Source: Candidatus Bathyarchaeota archaeon (GTDB lineage Archaea > Thermoproteota > Bathyarchaeia > Bathyarchaeales > Bathycorpusculaceae). From it: a stretch of 64,000 nucleotides of DNA. The stretch is taken from positions 128,001 through 192,000 of the forward strand of contig CAWHVC010000003.1 of NCBI GenBank assembly GCA_963832745.1, given 5' to 3'. How positions within the stretch are numbered: position 1 is the stretch's first letter; each line of letters starts with the position of its first letter. Shown piece by piece: positions 27,517 through 38,900 of this stretch. Position numbers and translations under genes: made by a program. The notes beneath the pieces were generated by a model. That model saw only the letters and a program-made list of their open reading frames with translations, was not told the DNA's origin and searched no databases.

Positions 27517-27801
27517 ATGCAGTTTTCTAAAGTTGCTGGAAAAAAAGCAGACCACAAAGTAACCCTATACGCACTTAGCACCTGTGTCTGGTGCAAAATG
27601 ACAAAACAGTTTCTTGCCGATAATGGAGTAGAGTATCAGTTTGTTGATGTTGACTTGCTTGAGGATGACGACAGGGATAAAGCACGTGAAGCCATTTTAA
27701 AACTAGGCGCAACCCTAAGTTACCCTACAATAATTGTTGACGACAAAACTGTAATTACAGGTTTTAAGAAAGACCAGCTCAAAGAGGTGTTGGGAGTTTG
27801 A
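27517..27801 (+). CDS. Glutaredoxin-like protein
   Basis: LSTCVWC, SYP, ITGF. Confidence 0.88.
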   Translation: MQFSKVAGKKADHKVTLYALSTCVWCKMTKQFLADNGVEYQFVDVDLLEDDDRDKAREAILKLGATLSYPTIIVDDKTVITGFKKDQLKEVLGV

Positions 27802-28358
27802 CCACCATTGACCAGGTACGTCAAAGGGCAGAAGCAGACGCAAAAACTTATGGTTACTACTTAACACCAGACCCGGAACTGTTGCAAGCATTTTTTGAAG
27901 GATTAAAAACCAACGAAGACCGCTATGGATACCCCCTTTGCCCATGCCGGTTGGCGTCTGGAAAGTTTGAGTACGACAGAGACATAATTTGTCCCTGTGA
28001 CTATCGAGACCCCGACGTAGCTCAATATGGAGCATGCTACTGCCGCCTCTACGTAAACAAAACAGTGTATGAAAGCAAGAACCTTCCAGAAGTTCCCGAG
28101 CGGCGACCAATAGAAAAACAGAACCGAGCTTACCAACCAAAAACAGCAGCAACTGCAACTACGTCAACCTCCACAAGCCAGACAACTGCGGAAAAGCAGG
28201 CGCCAACCCAAGAGACAAAATCAGCTGCAGATGGGGAAGTGAAAAAGAAGCTTTGGTACTGCAAACAATGCGGTTATGTGGCTTACAGGGAAGATCCACC
28301 GTATGTTTGTCCGATTTGCAAGGCCAAACAGGAAATGTTTGAGGAATTAAAACCTTAA
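27798..28358 (+). CDS. Ferredoxin-thioredoxin reductase catalytic domain fused to a rubredoxin-like domain
   Basis: CPC...CPC...CYC, plus CKQCG...CPIC. Confidence 0.88.
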   Translation: MTTIDQVRQRAEADAKTYGYYLTPDPELLQAFFEGLKTNEDRYGYPLCPCRLASGKFEYDRDIICPCDYRDPDVAQYGACYCRLYVNKTVYESKNLPEVPERRPIEKQNRAYQPKTAATATTSTSTSQTTAEKQAPTQETKSAADGEVKKKLWYCKQCGYVAYREDPPYVCPICKAKQEMFEELKP

Positions 28359-28372
28359 GTCAGGTTTAGCGG

Positions 28373-28531
28373 TTAAGCTTTCTTTATTTCTAACTCGACT
28401 TTTTTCCAGTCTTCGTCAATGCCTTTAAGCGAAGACATTGCACCAACCATTGTTTTTGCCAAAAATTTTTCGACAAACTCGTTTAGTGGGATTTCTTTTC
28501 CGTCAACTTTTAGTTTACAGTTTAGGCTCAT
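28373..28531 (-). CDS. Small conserved hypothetical protein
   Basis: LKVDGKEIPLNEFV...SSLKG. Confidence 0.7.
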   Translation of the reverse strand: MSLNCKLKVDGKEIPLNEFVEKFLAKTMVGAMSSLKGIDEDWKKVELEIKKA

Positions 28532-29034
28532 TAGGCTACACCGGTGTATGGTTTGATAAGCCTGAAAAATAAAGATTTTACTCACAAAAGATATTTTTGA
28601 TTAAAAATTCTGGACTGGTTTGCTTTTTCAAAAAAGGGGAAACTGATATTTGTTGTTTTGATTGTTTGAGTTATTATTCCTCATTTTTGTTTTCTCCTTT
28701 TTTGCTAATTATTGATTGGTGCGGCGGTCCTCTTCCTTTGCAGTGAATAATTGGCAAAGGCAAATACTAAGGATCCAACTCCAAAGGCAGCGATCAATAA
28801 GGCGCTCACCATTCGGTTTTTCCTCCTTTAAGGTACAATGCTGTTTTTGTCAGGGTTGTACCGGTTTTTGTTTTTGCCCGTTTTGGTTTTTTGGGTTTTT
28901 TGCTCATTTTTTGACCACCTTTTCGGTTACATAACAGATAATTGCTCATTAAAATATAAATATAGTTGTGATTTGTTCACACAATTTATGATTTATTAAG
29001 TAAATGTATGAAAATTAAAAGAAAAAGGGGACAC

Positions 29035-29598
29035 TTAAGTTTTTGAGCCCACAGCCTTAACCGTTACCCGCAACTTAGCCAAGTTTTCCTTAATCTCAGC
29101 CTTAACACCCATAGCAGCAAAATACTCTTCAAGGAAAACCTTAACAAACTCTTTAGAAACATCAGAAAACAAAATCAACGTAAAATCGTTAGGCGCATTC
29201 TTGGTAATTCGGAAAAAGTTGCACGCCTCAAGCCGAACGAGCATCTCTTCTGGCGAGTGAACCTTGGTCTTCAGTTGTTCCCAGTGTGAACGGGCGATTT
29301 CTCTATGTTCGCTCCAGAATTTCTCTTTCTCTTTTTCAGACGAAATTGCAACGAGCTGCAGGAATGATAACCAATGGTCAACATCTAAAATGACATGTTC
29401 ACCTGTCAGCAATAAATCCATGTAGGAACCAATTTTCTTTTTTGTATTCGGGTCTTCGAGTGGGCGGTTTTCGTTGTAGAATTTTAGGGCGCGCCGCATT
29501 ACTTCGCTTTGGGAAACTTGGGAGTCGGTGCTAATTTTTTCTAGCAACTCCGCGGTTTGTTTGTCGAAAGCTACCGTTATTCTTGTTGGGTTAGTCAT
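29035..29598 (-). CDS. CopG/RHH transcriptional regulator with C-terminal domain
   Basis: RITVAFD...SQSEVMRRAL. Confidence 0.82.
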   Translation of the reverse strand: MTNPTRITVAFDKQTAELLEKISTDSQVSQSEVMRRALKFYNENRPLEDPNTKKKIGSYMDLLLTGEHVILDVDHWLSFLQLVAISSEKEKEKFWSEHREIARSHWEQLKTKVHSPEEMLVRLEACNFFRITKNAPNDFTLILFSDVSKEFVKVFLEEYFAAMGVKAEIKENLAKLRVTVKAVGSKT

Positions 29599-29853
29599 TC
29601 TCACACAACAGCCAATTAAACGTATGAGCAATAATTCATAATTCATATAAACATTTCTAATGTAATCAAGCCACTTTCTTGTGCATTATTAAAACTTTCA
29701 GGCGCAATCAACCCACAAACGTTAAACTCTCATAGACGTATACGAAAGCATCAACAAACATACAAAATCCCGAACGAGCATTTGAAAATCTTTTTAGCCC
29801 AAACCAAACATAAACCATTAGTGCACAGACGGTTTTAGGGAAGAAGCAATACC

Positions 29854-30510
29854 ATGAAAAACCCAAAAATTTACTTGCCACAAAAAGAAAGAACCAAAAA
29901 AATCATTGAACTCTTAGAAAAACAGTACCCAGACGCAAAAACCGCTCTAAACTATACTAATCCATTGGAGATTTTGGTTGCAACCATGCTTTCAGCGCAA
30001 ACAACCGACGAACGCGTCAACATAGTAACCCAAAGCTTATTTAAAAAATACAAGACACCGCAAGACTATGCAAACGTAGACATAAAAGAGCTCGAACAGG
30101 ACATCCGTTCAACAGGGTTTTACCATAACAAGGCACGTAACCTACAGAACTGTTGCAAAATGCTTATTGAAAGATTCCATGCTCGAGTTCCAAAAACTAT
30201 GCAGGAACTGCTTGAATTGCAGGGTGTGGCACGTAAAACCGCCAATATTGTGCTTTACAACGCTTATGGAGTCATTGATGGAGTGGCTGTGGATACTCAC
30301 GTGCGGAGGTTATCTCAACGGCTGGGTTTAGCAGACACTGATAACCCTGATCATATTGAACAGGAACTAATGCAAATAACGCCGAAAGAGAACTGGATGA
30401 AGCTGACTGATTTGCTGATTTTTCATGGACGTCAAGTATGCATTGCAAGAAAACCCAAATGCGAAATCTGCGTACTAAACGAGATATGCCCTTCAGCATT
30501 CACCTTTTAG
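29854..30510 (+). CDS. nth: Endonuclease III
   Basis: LSAQTTD, GVARKTAN, VDTHV, CxxxxxxCxxCxxxxxC. Confidence 0.96.
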   Translation: MKNPKIYLPQKERTKKIIELLEKQYPDAKTALNYTNPLEILVATMLSAQTTDERVNIVTQSLFKKYKTPQDYANVDIKELEQDIRSTGFYHNKARNLQNCCKMLIERFHARVPKTMQELLELQGVARKTANIVLYNAYGVIDGVAVDTHVRRLSQRLGLADTDNPDHIEQELMQITPKENWMKLTDLLIFHGRQVCIARKPKCEICVLNEICPSAFTF

Positions 30511-30566
30511 TTGAGAACTCAACATTTATATGATTTTGAAGCGCTGTCTAGTTTAAGGTTATTTTT

Positions 30567-31046
30567 ATGGCTGATAGAATAAAAGTCGGAGATAAAGCAC
30601 CTGATTTTAGTTTACAAGATACTGACTTGACAACGCATAAACTAAGCAAGTATTTGGGCAAAAAAGTGGTTTTAGCTTTTTTTGTTACAGCTTTCACTAC
30701 AACCTGCACCATGGAAGTTTGTCAATTTCGGGATTCCATGTCAAAACTGATTGATTTGGAAGCGCAGGTTATTGGAATAAGCGTTAACAGTGCAGTTTCA
30801 AACAGGGATTTTGTGGAAAGCAATCATTTGCCTTTTCCAGTGTTAACCGACGGCAAACAAGAAGTCATCAGAACCTACGGTTTAACCCCCGAAGAAGCTG
30901 TGGGCGCTAACGGTTACGAATACGTGAAACGGTCAGTTGTTATACTTGACAAAGAGGGTATTGTTCGTTATGTTTGGGTTGCAAATTCAGCAACGGTGGA
31001 ACCCAACTATGACGAGATACAAAAAATACTAAAAACAATCCCTTAA
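30567..31046 (+). CDS. Peroxiredoxin (BCP/AhpC-TSA family)
   Basis: [14 protein letters not shown]. Confidence 0.85.
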   Translation: MADRIKVGDKAPDFSLQDTDLTTHKLSKYLGKKVVLAFFVTAFTTTCTMEVCQFRDSMSKLIDLEAQVIGISVNSAVSNRDFVESNHLPFPVLTDGKQEVIRTYGLTPEEAVGANGYEYVKRSVVILDKEGIVRYVWVANSATVEPNYDEIQKILKTIP

Positions 31047-31111
31047 TTTTACTACAGAAAATTAACTGCACCAACACCGCTATGTTGTTCTCCAACCTGT
31101 TAGGAGCCTAT

Positions 31112-31148
31112 TAGAGGTTCTATGTAAAAACCTAAGGGGGGTAGGTCG
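31112..31148 (+). repeat. Intact copy of dispersed intergenic repeat (attB-like)
   Basis: TAGAGGTTCTATGTAAAAACCTAAGGGGGGTAGGTCG; 34/37 identical to the reconstituted provirus target. Confidence 0.85.
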
Positions 31149-31306
31149 TATTGACGCTTTTTCAACCCAAAAACAAGCAGCAAAGCCTCATCTGCCAACA
31201 ACAACACGCAATTTCACCTGCAATTTTGCCCTTCAAAGTTTCAGGATAGCGAAAAGGTGAAAAGCAACTTTGTGTTGATTAAATCATAAGATATGGTGAC
31301 TCAAAA

Positions 31307-31504
31307 ATGAGCAACGATGTTGATATGGCTACTATCCAGTTAAACAATGAAAAAATGAATTTCCTCTTAGGCAAAAAAGACTTCAAAACTGGCAGCCGCG
31401 GTTATCATGCACAGGGCAAAATGATGTCAGGCGGCAAAAACTATCAAGTAAACATCCTTGTCGTAGAAATTGGTTCGAAACCTAAAGAAGAAAAGAAAAA
31501 GTAA
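31307..31504 (+). CDS. Small conserved hypothetical protein
   Basis: GGTGA SD; KDFKTGSRGYHAQGK...YQVN..VEIGSK. Confidence 0.75.
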   Translation: MSNDVDMATIQLNNEKMNFLLGKKDFKTGSRGYHAQGKMMSGGKNYQVNILVVEIGSKPKEEKKK

Positions 31505-31532
31505 AATAATTTTCTAAATTTTTTGTTTTTGT

Positions 31533-32048
31533 TTACACAACTATTGATGCATTGACTATAATGACTTCTTTGACTGGCCTGTCGTCTCGGTCTGTTTTTG
31601 TTTTGCCGATTGCTTCAACAACTTCCATGCCAGAAACTACTTTTCCGAATTGTGGATGCTTTGAGTCCAAGTAGTTGTTGTTGACTAAGTTGATGAAGAA
31701 TTGGCTGCTGCCAGTATTTGGACCAGCGTTCGCCATGGCAATAGTACCCTTATCATTATAGTTTTTCCTTGTGAATTCATCTTTAATGTCTGGGATTGAT
31801 GGGTCACCACAGCCAGTGCCTGTTGGGTCGCCGCCTTGAATCATAAAGCCCTTAATAACTCTGTGAAAAATTGTGCCGTTAAAGACTCCTTTCTGTGCCA
31901 AGTTTTTGAAGTTGTTTGTGGTTATTGGCATGTCGTTTCGTAACTGTAAGGTTATGTCGCCCATGCTTGTGTGAAGAAGGATTTTTGTGCCGTTAGTGTA
32001 TTGGTCTGCCGGTTGTGCAGGTTGGACGTTTGGGTTTGTGTCTACCAT
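31533..32048 (-). CDS. Cyclophilin-type peptidyl-prolyl isomerase
   Basis: FHRVIKGFMIQGGD, AMANAGPNTGSSQFFI. Confidence 0.93.
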   Translation of the reverse strand: MVDTNPNVQPAQPADQYTNGTKILLHTSMGDITLQLRNDMPITTNNFKNLAQKGVFNGTIFHRVIKGFMIQGGDPTGTGCGDPSIPDIKDEFTRKNYNDKGTIAMANAGPNTGSSQFFINLVNNNYLDSKHPQFGKVVSGMEVVEAIGKTKTDRDDRPVKEVIIVNASIVV

Positions 32049-32172
32049 AAATTTTTACTCCTTAAAAATATCCAAATTGGAAAGCTGCTATTATGGATAT
32101 TGTAAGAACCATCGTCTACCCAAATCTTGTTTACAAAATTTTAGAAAACAGAAAAGAAAAGAAGGTTAGTAC

Positions 32173-32880
32173 CTACGAAATGATTGTTGCTGAAATGATA
32201 GTTACTGTCTGTGTTGGAACACTATATTCTCCATAGGCGTTTGCAGTCACTGGAACATTGGCTATTGCATCAACTACGCTTTGGCCTGCGATTACTTGTC
32301 CGAAGGCAGTGTAAGTTTGATCAAATGTGTTGCCAGCATTATCGATAACCTTGGGGCCGTTATCAACTAGGTTAATGAAGAATTGGCTTGTTGCTGAGTT
32401 AGGTTGACTAGTCTTAGCCATAGCAATTGTGTAGGGTAAGTTGCGGTTATAGGTACCTATTTCATCGTTTATCGTTGGAACGCTACTACTGATTGCGCCA
32501 CCTTGAATCATGAAACCAGCCATTATTCGGTGGAAAACTGTGCCGTCATATTTTCCCTGAGCAACTAAGTTCAGGAAGTTTTGTGTTGTGATTGGTTTAT
32601 TGTCAAACAATTCAAGCGTAATGTTGCCCATGTTTGTCTGCAAAACAACTTGAGTGTTGTTAGTTGCAGGGGTTTGGGTAGGTACCGCTGTCGGAGTAGG
32701 TGTGGGGCTTGTTGTTGGATTAGCATCATTTGTGCCAAATCCACCCACAAAATATACTCCAGCAATAATTAACACTATAGCCAAAACACCGACAACAATA
32801 AACAATGTTTTCTTTGAGTTGCCACTTTTAGAGCCAGGCTTGTACTGCACTGGTTTTTTCCGATTATATTTGGGAGCCAT
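32173..32880 (-). CDS. Membrane-anchored cyclophilin-type PPIase
   Basis: N-terminal TM + PT linker; FHRIMAGFMIQGG, SATSQFFIN. Confidence 0.92.
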   Translation of the reverse strand: MAPKYNRKKPVQYKPGSKSGNSKKTLFIVVGVLAIVLIIAGVYFVGGFGTNDANPTTSPTPTPTAVPTQTPATNNTQVVLQTNMGNITLELFDNKPITTQNFLNLVAQGKYDGTVFHRIMAGFMIQGGAISSSVPTINDEIGTYNRNLPYTIAMAKTSQPNSATSQFFINLVDNGPKVIDNAGNTFDQTYTAFGQVIAGQSVVDAIANVPVTANAYGEYSVPTQTVTIISATIIS

Positions 32881-32935
32881 AACTCAAATTCAACAAAACA
32901 TTATTTAAAATTTTTTCCAAAACTCCAATATCGAA

Positions 32936-33679
32936 CTATCGGATAATTTTATCAAACATTTCTGAAACTTCACGCAGGTTCTTGACCGCAAACTCTGGCG
33001 TTTGACTACACGCCGCCAAATCTTTCAACGAATAAAACTGTGACCTAACAAACACCGCCCTAATCCCCACGTCCCTTGCGCCTTTAATGTCCTCAACAGG
33101 GCTGTCTCCAATGTAAACCGCCTCGTCAGCCTTCACCCGTAATCTGTCTAAAACTTCCCTGAAAATGTGTGGAGAAGGCTTCCTCCAACCATTCTCATGG
33201 GAAACAACCACTGCGTTAAAGTATTTACTTACACCCAACTGGTCTAAACTGAAGTAAACAACAGGGGCATAAGTGAAGTTAGAAAGCAAAGCAACTTTGC
33301 CATGTGCTGCTGCTTGTTCAAACAGTTTTACTGCGCCCGCTCTTAACTTAAGTGAATCAATAAAATCTTTGAAAAAAACGTTCAAGGCAGCTTTAATATG
33401 TGGGTCGTCGGCGGCTACTTTGTAGCCTACTTCGCTTAATGCTTCAGCAACCCAAATAGCGTTTGTTACTTCACGCAGCTGCTGGTAACGGACGACGCGG
33501 TATTTTTCATGCGCTCTACTGTAAGCATCCAAAAAACCTTCAGCCTCAACTTTGAAGCCTTCCTCAACCAGTGCGCAGTGAAGCTTCTTTTTTGAATCAT
33601 CCATGCTGTAACCTCCACAATTCACTACTGTTCCAATGTAATCAAAAATTACAGCCTTAATCTGCCCCAAAACACTCAA
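32936..33679 (-). CDS. HAD-superfamily hydrolase
   Basis: IFDYIGT, RKP, IGDS..EDI. Confidence 0.85.
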   Translation of the reverse strand: MSVLGQIKAVIFDYIGTVVNCGGYSMDDSKKKLHCALVEEGFKVEAEGFLDAYSRAHEKYRVVRYQQLREVTNAIWVAEALSEVGYKVAADDPHIKAALNVFFKDFIDSLKLRAGAVKLFEQAAAHGKVALLSNFTYAPVVYFSLDQLGVSKYFNAVVVSHENGWRKPSPHIFREVLDRLRVKADEAVYIGDSPVEDIKGARDVGIRAVFVRSQFYSLKDLAACSQTPEFAVKNLREVSEMFDKIIR

Positions 33680-34413
33680 TCCTTAAACAAAATGTCTTTT
33701 TCAACAACACGCTTAAGCGTTCGACCAATACTGGTGCCTAAAAGTTTAGTTTCGTCACCGAGGGCTACTTCAACTGTTGAGTCAAAACTGATTTCTCCAA
33801 GAAAACGCAATCCAATCTTTTTAGTTTCAACCTCTATGTTATTGCTTTGGGTTTGCTTCATGTTTTCTAAAAGACCGATGATTGGCGCTTTTAATTCACA
33901 AAGCAAAGCGACCTGCTTCTTAACGGTTTCAAAAGCCAAAAGTGATGAAGTTGTAACAATCAAAAACTCAACTCGACTAATCAGCCGTAGCAAGTCAAGA
34001 ATGACGTCGCCGATTCCCGGCGGCATATCAATAACCAAAAAATCCAAACTACCCCACTGCGTAATGGCCAACAACTCGATAAGTGCGTTAGAAACGTCAG
34101 TTCCTCGTAATGGTGCAGGGTTTTCGCCTACAAAATAAACAAGTGACATGTATTCAAGCCCGTTCACCATGGGCGGCACTATGCCTTTGTCTTCTTTGGG
34201 TACGGTTATTTGTGCGTTTAGGATGACATGGGTTGATGGGCTGGTGAAGTCTAGATCAAACAGGCCTACTTTGCAGCCTTGGTCTTTCAGAGTTAACGCC
34301 AGTGTGGTTGCAACCATGCTTTTTCCAACACCGCCTTTGCCGCTGGAAATCGCCACAATCCGCTTCACATTTGAGAGTCGCAGGTTGATGACGCTAACTC
34401 TTGGGTCAATCAT
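33676..34413 (-). CDS. Mrp/NBP35 family P-loop ATPase (Fe-S/Ni hydrogenase maturation)
   Basis: SGKGGVGKS, IDMPPG, ENM; next to hypA. Confidence 0.9.
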   Translation of the reverse strand: MIDPRVSVINLRLSNVKRIVAISSGKGGVGKSMVATTLALTLKDQGCKVGLFDLDFTSPSTHVILNAQITVPKEDKGIVPPMVNGLEYMSLVYFVGENPAPLRGTDVSNALIELLAITQWGSLDFLVIDMPPGIGDVILDLLRLISRVEFLIVTTSSLLAFETVKKQVALLCELKAPIIGLLENMKQTQSNNIEVETKKIGLRFLGEISFDSTVEVALGDETKLLGTSIGRTLKRVVEKDILFKD

Positions 34414-34419
34414 TTTAGG

Positions 34420-34818
34420 TTATTTTACTCCTTGAATATTGTCAAGCCAAACGCCTCGTCCGCTAACTATTTCAAAATCGGGGCTTCCACATTTGGGGCA
34501 CTTAATAAAAGTGTGTGCTGCTTCTGGCACAAAATGGATGGCTTCAGCGGTAGCAGTGTCAAGGGTTTCTTTTTTGAATTGCCAGTTAGTTCCGCAGACG
34601 CGGCATTTTAGTTCAGTTTTGGCTTTTAGAATGTGGAATTTGGCGTCTTTGTATAAGTCTGATTTTATTTGTCCAAGAGCAAACTTGAGAATATGTTTTT
34701 CGACATCTTGAAGTTCGCCGACTCTTATGGTTACTTCAGTGACTTTTTTTAGCTGCTCTTTTTGCGCGATTTGTGTTGCTGTGGCAAGTATTGCTTCAGC
34801 TAATGCCCATTCATGCAT
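34420..34818 (-). CDS. hypA: Hydrogenase nickel incorporation protein HypA
   Basis: MHEW, CRVC...CPKCGS. Confidence 0.93.
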   Translation of the reverse strand: MHEWALAEAILATATQIAQKEQLKKVTEVTIRVGELQDVEKHILKFALGQIKSDLYKDAKFHILKAKTELKCRVCGTNWQFKKETLDTATAEAIHFVPEAAHTFIKCPKCGSPDFEIVSGRGVWLDNIQGVK

Positions 34819-35235
34819 AAACCAGTTTTAACCTTTTAGAGTAATTTAAAAATATTGTATTTTGCCACTATTCTTCTAAATCTTGCAAAACCTCAAAGGC
34901 TTTAGCGAGCCGTTTGGCCAAGTCAGCATCAACTTTAGGGTCCTCATCAATATTGGTCAAGATTGGAAGTTTTCGCATAACCCTAAACTGCCTGCTTTTG
35001 TTATAACAATTGCTACCTCGGGAGCTTCGAAGTTCGAAGTAACACAAAAAAACATTTATGAAAATTAACATTTAACTATCAAAACGTCCCCAAATCATGA
35101 ATAAGAAAAACATTTTAGAACTCAACTTTCATGGATGTCACGCAAAAAAGGCGTTTCACATCAACAAATTACGTTCAACATTTTGAGACCTTACCAAGAA
35201 AAAAGATATATGCAAACACGCCGCTAAACATTGCT

Positions 35236-35508
35236 ATGGCAACCAAAGTACATTGCGCCCACATTCTAGTAAAAACTTTAACAGAAGCTCAAGCAGTAAA
35301 AGCACGCATTGATAAAGGCGAAAGCTTTGCCGAAATTGCCAAAAAAGTCTCACTTTGCCCCTCAGGCAAAAAAGGTGGAGACCTTGGAACATTCGGAAGA
35401 GGACAAATGGTAAAGCCTTTTGAAACTGCTGCTTTCGCGCTACAGAAAGGTCAAGTTTCTGACCCTGTTAAGACAGAATTCGGGTATCACATTATCAAAT
35501 GCATTTGA
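35236..35508 (+). CDS. Parvulin-type PPIase (PpiC-like)
   Basis: HILV, SLCPS...GGDLG, TEFGYHII. Confidence 0.92.
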   Translation: MATKVHCAHILVKTLTEAQAVKARIDKGESFAEIAKKVSLCPSGKKGGDLGTFGRGQMVKPFETAAFALQKGQVSDPVKTEFGYHIIKCI

Positions 35509-35591
35509 TAAAGCTGCTTTGCCGGCAGATCATTTCTGGATGCTTCTAAGCCGTTCCAGATTTCACCATTTTAACTGAGAATTGAAAAAAC

Positions 35592-36335
35592 TTGAATAAA
35601 ACAACGTTTCATCAAAGTCGAAATCCAACAATAGCATGCATTGTCTTCTTTGCTGCCTACGTGCTATTCTCAATTCTAAGAGTAAACCTTCAGCCAATCG
35701 ATGTAGCAGTTAACCTTTGGACAATAACAATCCACAACGACATAGCAATCCTTTTGGCAAAAGCACTCTCAACAATTTTTGATACAATAATCATAGTTGC
35801 CGCATCAATAGTGATTGCAACTTTTCTTTTCTTAAAGAAACGTAAAGCCCAAAGTGTATTGCTTTTAACCGCTATAGGTGGAGAAGCCTTATTTGTAAAC
35901 ATCGTAAAAAATATTGACCAAGTCGCCCGACCAGAAAACCAGTTATTGCTTGGTTCCGGCTACTCTTATCCCAGCGGTCACAGTGCAGGCGTGGTTGTTT
36001 TCATCGGGTTAATTGCTTATTATGCTTGGCTAAACTGGGATAGCAGCAAACGTGTAAAGGTTTTTGCTTTGGCAGGTTTTGGTTTGCTTGTTGCTTTTGT
36101 GAGTTTTGACCGTGTCTATCTTAATGTGCACTGGTTAAGTGATGTTGTTGGTGGTTGGTTGTTTGGTGCTTTTTGGTTGTCATTTTGTATTATGGTGTAT
36201 GAGCGGTTGAAGTTTGCGGGCAAGTTTGAGACTGAACGGTTCAATTTCGCCGCCAACATTCTTTTTGGTGTTGGTGTTTTGGTTGCTGTTTCGATTGTTA
36301 CTTTGGGTTGGTTTTTTAATTATTTGACTTTTTGA
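35592..36335 (+). CDS. PAP2 family membrane phosphatase
   Basis: RP, SYPSGH, RVYLNVHWLSD. Confidence 0.9.
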   Translation: MNKTTFHQSRNPTIACIVFFAAYVLFSILRVNLQPIDVAVNLWTITIHNDIAILLAKALSTIFDTIIIVAASIVIATFLFLKKRKAQSVLLLTAIGGEALFVNIVKNIDQVARPENQLLLGSGYSYPSGHSAGVVVFIGLIAYYAWLNWDSSKRVKVFALAGFGLLVAFVSFDRVYLNVHWLSDVVGGWLFGAFWLSFCIMVYERLKFAGKFETERFNFAANILFGVGVLVAVSIVTLGWFFNYLTF

Positions 36336-36447
36336 TTTTTTATTTTCAAGTTTTGCTGATAATTAAGATATATCTTAAGCAGATATACTTATATTTGGCA
36401 AACAACCATTAAAAAACAACAAACACCTTGCAAGCAGGCAACATAGC

Positions 36448-38862
36448 ATGGCAGAGGCAAAAACAAAAAAAATCGTTCTTAACATTGGCGGCATGAGCTG
36501 CATAAACTGCGCCAAAGTAATAGAAAAATATACATCAAAACTAGGCGGTGTAACCCATGTAACCGTCAACTTAGCAGCTGAAAAAGCAATCATAGACTAC
36601 AACCCCGACATCATAGACCAAAAAACAATTGAAGCCACAATAACCGACATAGGCTACCAAGTAATCCATGAGAAAATAGTCATACCAGTCGGCGGAATGA
36701 CCTGCATAAACTGCGCCAAAACCATCGAAAAAGTCCTAAACGCCAGAGAAGGCGTCTACAACGCGGTTGTTAATTTTGCGGCTGAGCAAGTCGCTGTAGA
36801 GTACAATCCTGAACAAATAAGCAATGTAGCCATCAAAAAAGCGATAACCGATACGGGCTACGAAGTTATTGAAACTCAAAAAACCGCAGACGTAGACTCA
36901 GAAAGTAAAGCACGTCAACGCCATATTCAACGCCTAAAGCTTCTCTTAGTTTCAAGCGTTGCCTTGACGATTCCTATCATAATTTTAATGTGGATTCCAA
37001 TTCTGCCTATGGAAATAAACAAAATCGTAATGTTCCTCCTTGCAACTCCAGTTCAGTTTGTTGTAGGCTGGACATTTTACGTCGGTGCATACAAGGCATT
37101 ACGTAACAAAACCGCCAACATGGACACCTTAATCGCAATGGGTACATCCACCGCTTGGATTTACAGCACCATTGTAACTTTTCTGCCAGGCATATTTGGA
37201 GATGCAGCCGTATTCTTTGACACAGCAACCATGATTATGTCATTCATATTACTTGGCAAACTCTTAGACGCCATTGCTAAAGGCCGAACTTCCGAAGCGA
37301 TACGCAAGATTATGGGTTTGCAAGCCAAAGTTGCCCGCGTCATCCGAGACAGCGTCGAACAGGAGGTTCCAGTCGAAGAGGTTCAAGTCGGCGATATCAT
37401 CCTTGTTAAACCTGGAGAAAAAATTCCAGTTGACGGTATGGTTGTTGAAGGTTACTCGGCAGTTGACGAGAAAGTAATAACAGGCGAAAGCATCCCAGTC
37501 GAAAAGAAGGTTGGCGACCAAGTTGTCGGTGCAACCTTAAACAAAACAGGCGTATTCAAATTTAAAGCAACCAAAGTGGGAAAAGACACAGTTCTTGCCC
37601 AAATTATCGGCATGGTTGAAGATGCTTTAAGTTCAAAGGCGCCAGTTCAAAGACTTGCCGACGTTGCAGCAAGCTACTTTGTTCCCGCAATCATACTTAC
37701 TGCCACACTTTCCGCGTTCTTATGGTACTTTGTTGTCGGCGAAACCTATGTGTTCTCATTAACAGTGTTCATAGCAGTCTTAATCGTTGCATGCCCCTGC
37801 GCTTTGGGTCTTGCAACGCCCACAGCCATCATGGTTGGCGTTGGAAAAGGTGCAGAAAACGGCATCCTAATAAAAAGTGGCGAAGCCTTAGAAACAGCCC
37901 ACAAACTTCAAGCAATCGTATTTGACAAAACCGGGACACTCACAAAAGGAGAACCTGAAGTAACCGACATAATCCCACTAATCCCAGAAGCAGAACTTTT
38001 ACAGTTTGCGGCTATTGCAGAGAAAAACTCTGAGCATCCCCTCGGCGAAGCCATCACCCGAAAAGCTGCCATGCAAGGCGTAACAATCGAGGACCCAGAG
38101 TCTTTTGAGGCTATGCCCGGTTTTGGTGTACAAGTCACTTACAACCACAAACAGGTGCTTTTGGGTAACCGGAAACTGATGGAAACTAATAACATTGACA
38201 TCAGAGAGCTTGAACATAAAATGGCTACTCTCGAAGAGGGGGGCAAAACAGCAATGCTTGTTGCAGTAGACGGCAAGTTTGCCGGGTTAATTGCGGTTGC
38301 TGACACGTTAAAAGAACATTCCAGTGAGGCGGTACGTGTGCTTCAACAGATGGGCTTAGAAGTAGTCATGCTTACAGGGGATAATCAGAGAACCGCTGAT
38401 GCAATTGCAAAACAGGCAGGAGTAAACCGCGTGATCGCTGAAGTTTTGCCTGATGAAAAGGCTAACCAAATAAAGAAGTTGCAAGCAGAAGGCAAAGTTG
38501 TTGCGATGGTCGGCGACGGAATAAATGATGCACCCGCTTTAGCTCAGGCAAACATTGGCATCGCAGTTGGCAGCGGAACAGACGTAGCAGTGGAAACAGG
38601 CGATATAGTACTAATCAAAAATGACCTGCGTGATGTGGTAGTTAGCATTCAGTTAAGCCGTGCTACAATGCGAAAAATCAAGCAGAACCTGTTCTGGGCA
38701 TTCTTCTATAACATTATCCTCATACCATTGGCTGCTGGAGCCTTCTATCCAATACTGCATGTGCTCTTTGATCCCGTTTACGCTGCGGCTGCAATGGCAA
38801 CCAGTTCAGTAACTGTAGTAACAAACGCTTCATTGCTAAGGAGATTCAAACCAAAACTCTAA
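36448..38862 (+). CDS. copA: Copper-translocating P1B-type ATPase
   Basis: Two HMA CxxC domains, TGES, CPC, DKTGT, HP, GDGIND, YN/MxxSS. Confidence 0.95.
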   Translation: MAEAKTKKIVLNIGGMSCINCAKVIEKYTSKLGGVTHVTVNLAAEKAIIDYNPDIIDQKTIEATITDIGYQVIHEKIVIPVGGMTCINCAKTIEKVLNAREGVYNAVVNFAAEQVAVEYNPEQISNVAIKKAITDTGYEVIETQKTADVDSESKARQRHIQRLKLLLVSSVALTIPIIILMWIPILPMEINKIVMFLLATPVQFVVGWTFYVGAYKALRNKTANMDTLIAMGTSTAWIYSTIVTFLPGIFGDAAVFFDTATMIMSFILLGKLLDAIAKGRTSEAIRKIMGLQAKVARVIRDSVEQEVPVEEVQVGDIILVKPGEKIPVDGMVVEGYSAVDEKVITGESIPVEKKVGDQVVGATLNKTGVFKFKATKVGKDTVLAQIIGMVEDALSSKAPVQRLADVAASYFVPAIILTATLSAFLWYFVVGETYVFSLTVFIAVLIVACPCALGLATPTAIMVGVGKGAENGILIKSGEALETAHKLQAIVFDKTGTLTKGEPEVTDIIPLIPEAELLQFAAIAEKNSEHPLGEAITRKAAMQGVTIEDPESFEAMPGFGVQVTYNHKQVLLGNRKLMETNNIDIRELEHKMATLEEGGKTAMLVAVDGKFAGLIAVADTLKEHSSEAVRVLQQMGLEVVMLTGDNQRTADAIAKQAGVNRVIAEVLPDEKANQIKKLQAEGKVVAMVGDGINDAPALAQANIGIAVGSGTDVAVETGDIVLIKNDLRDVVVSIQLSRATMRKIKQNLFWAFFYNIILIPLAAGAFYPILHVLFDPVYAAAAMATSSVTVVTNASLLRRFKPKL

Positions 38863-38900
38863 GTTACACGATAACCAATAGTATGGAGGTGAAACGTTTT

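Noticed and set aside
28717-28724. TGGTGCGG as a duplicated tRNA-Gly 3' end (att site of a large element including the terminase)
   Set aside because: Only an 8-bp match, and the intervening 24 kb is ordinary host genes.
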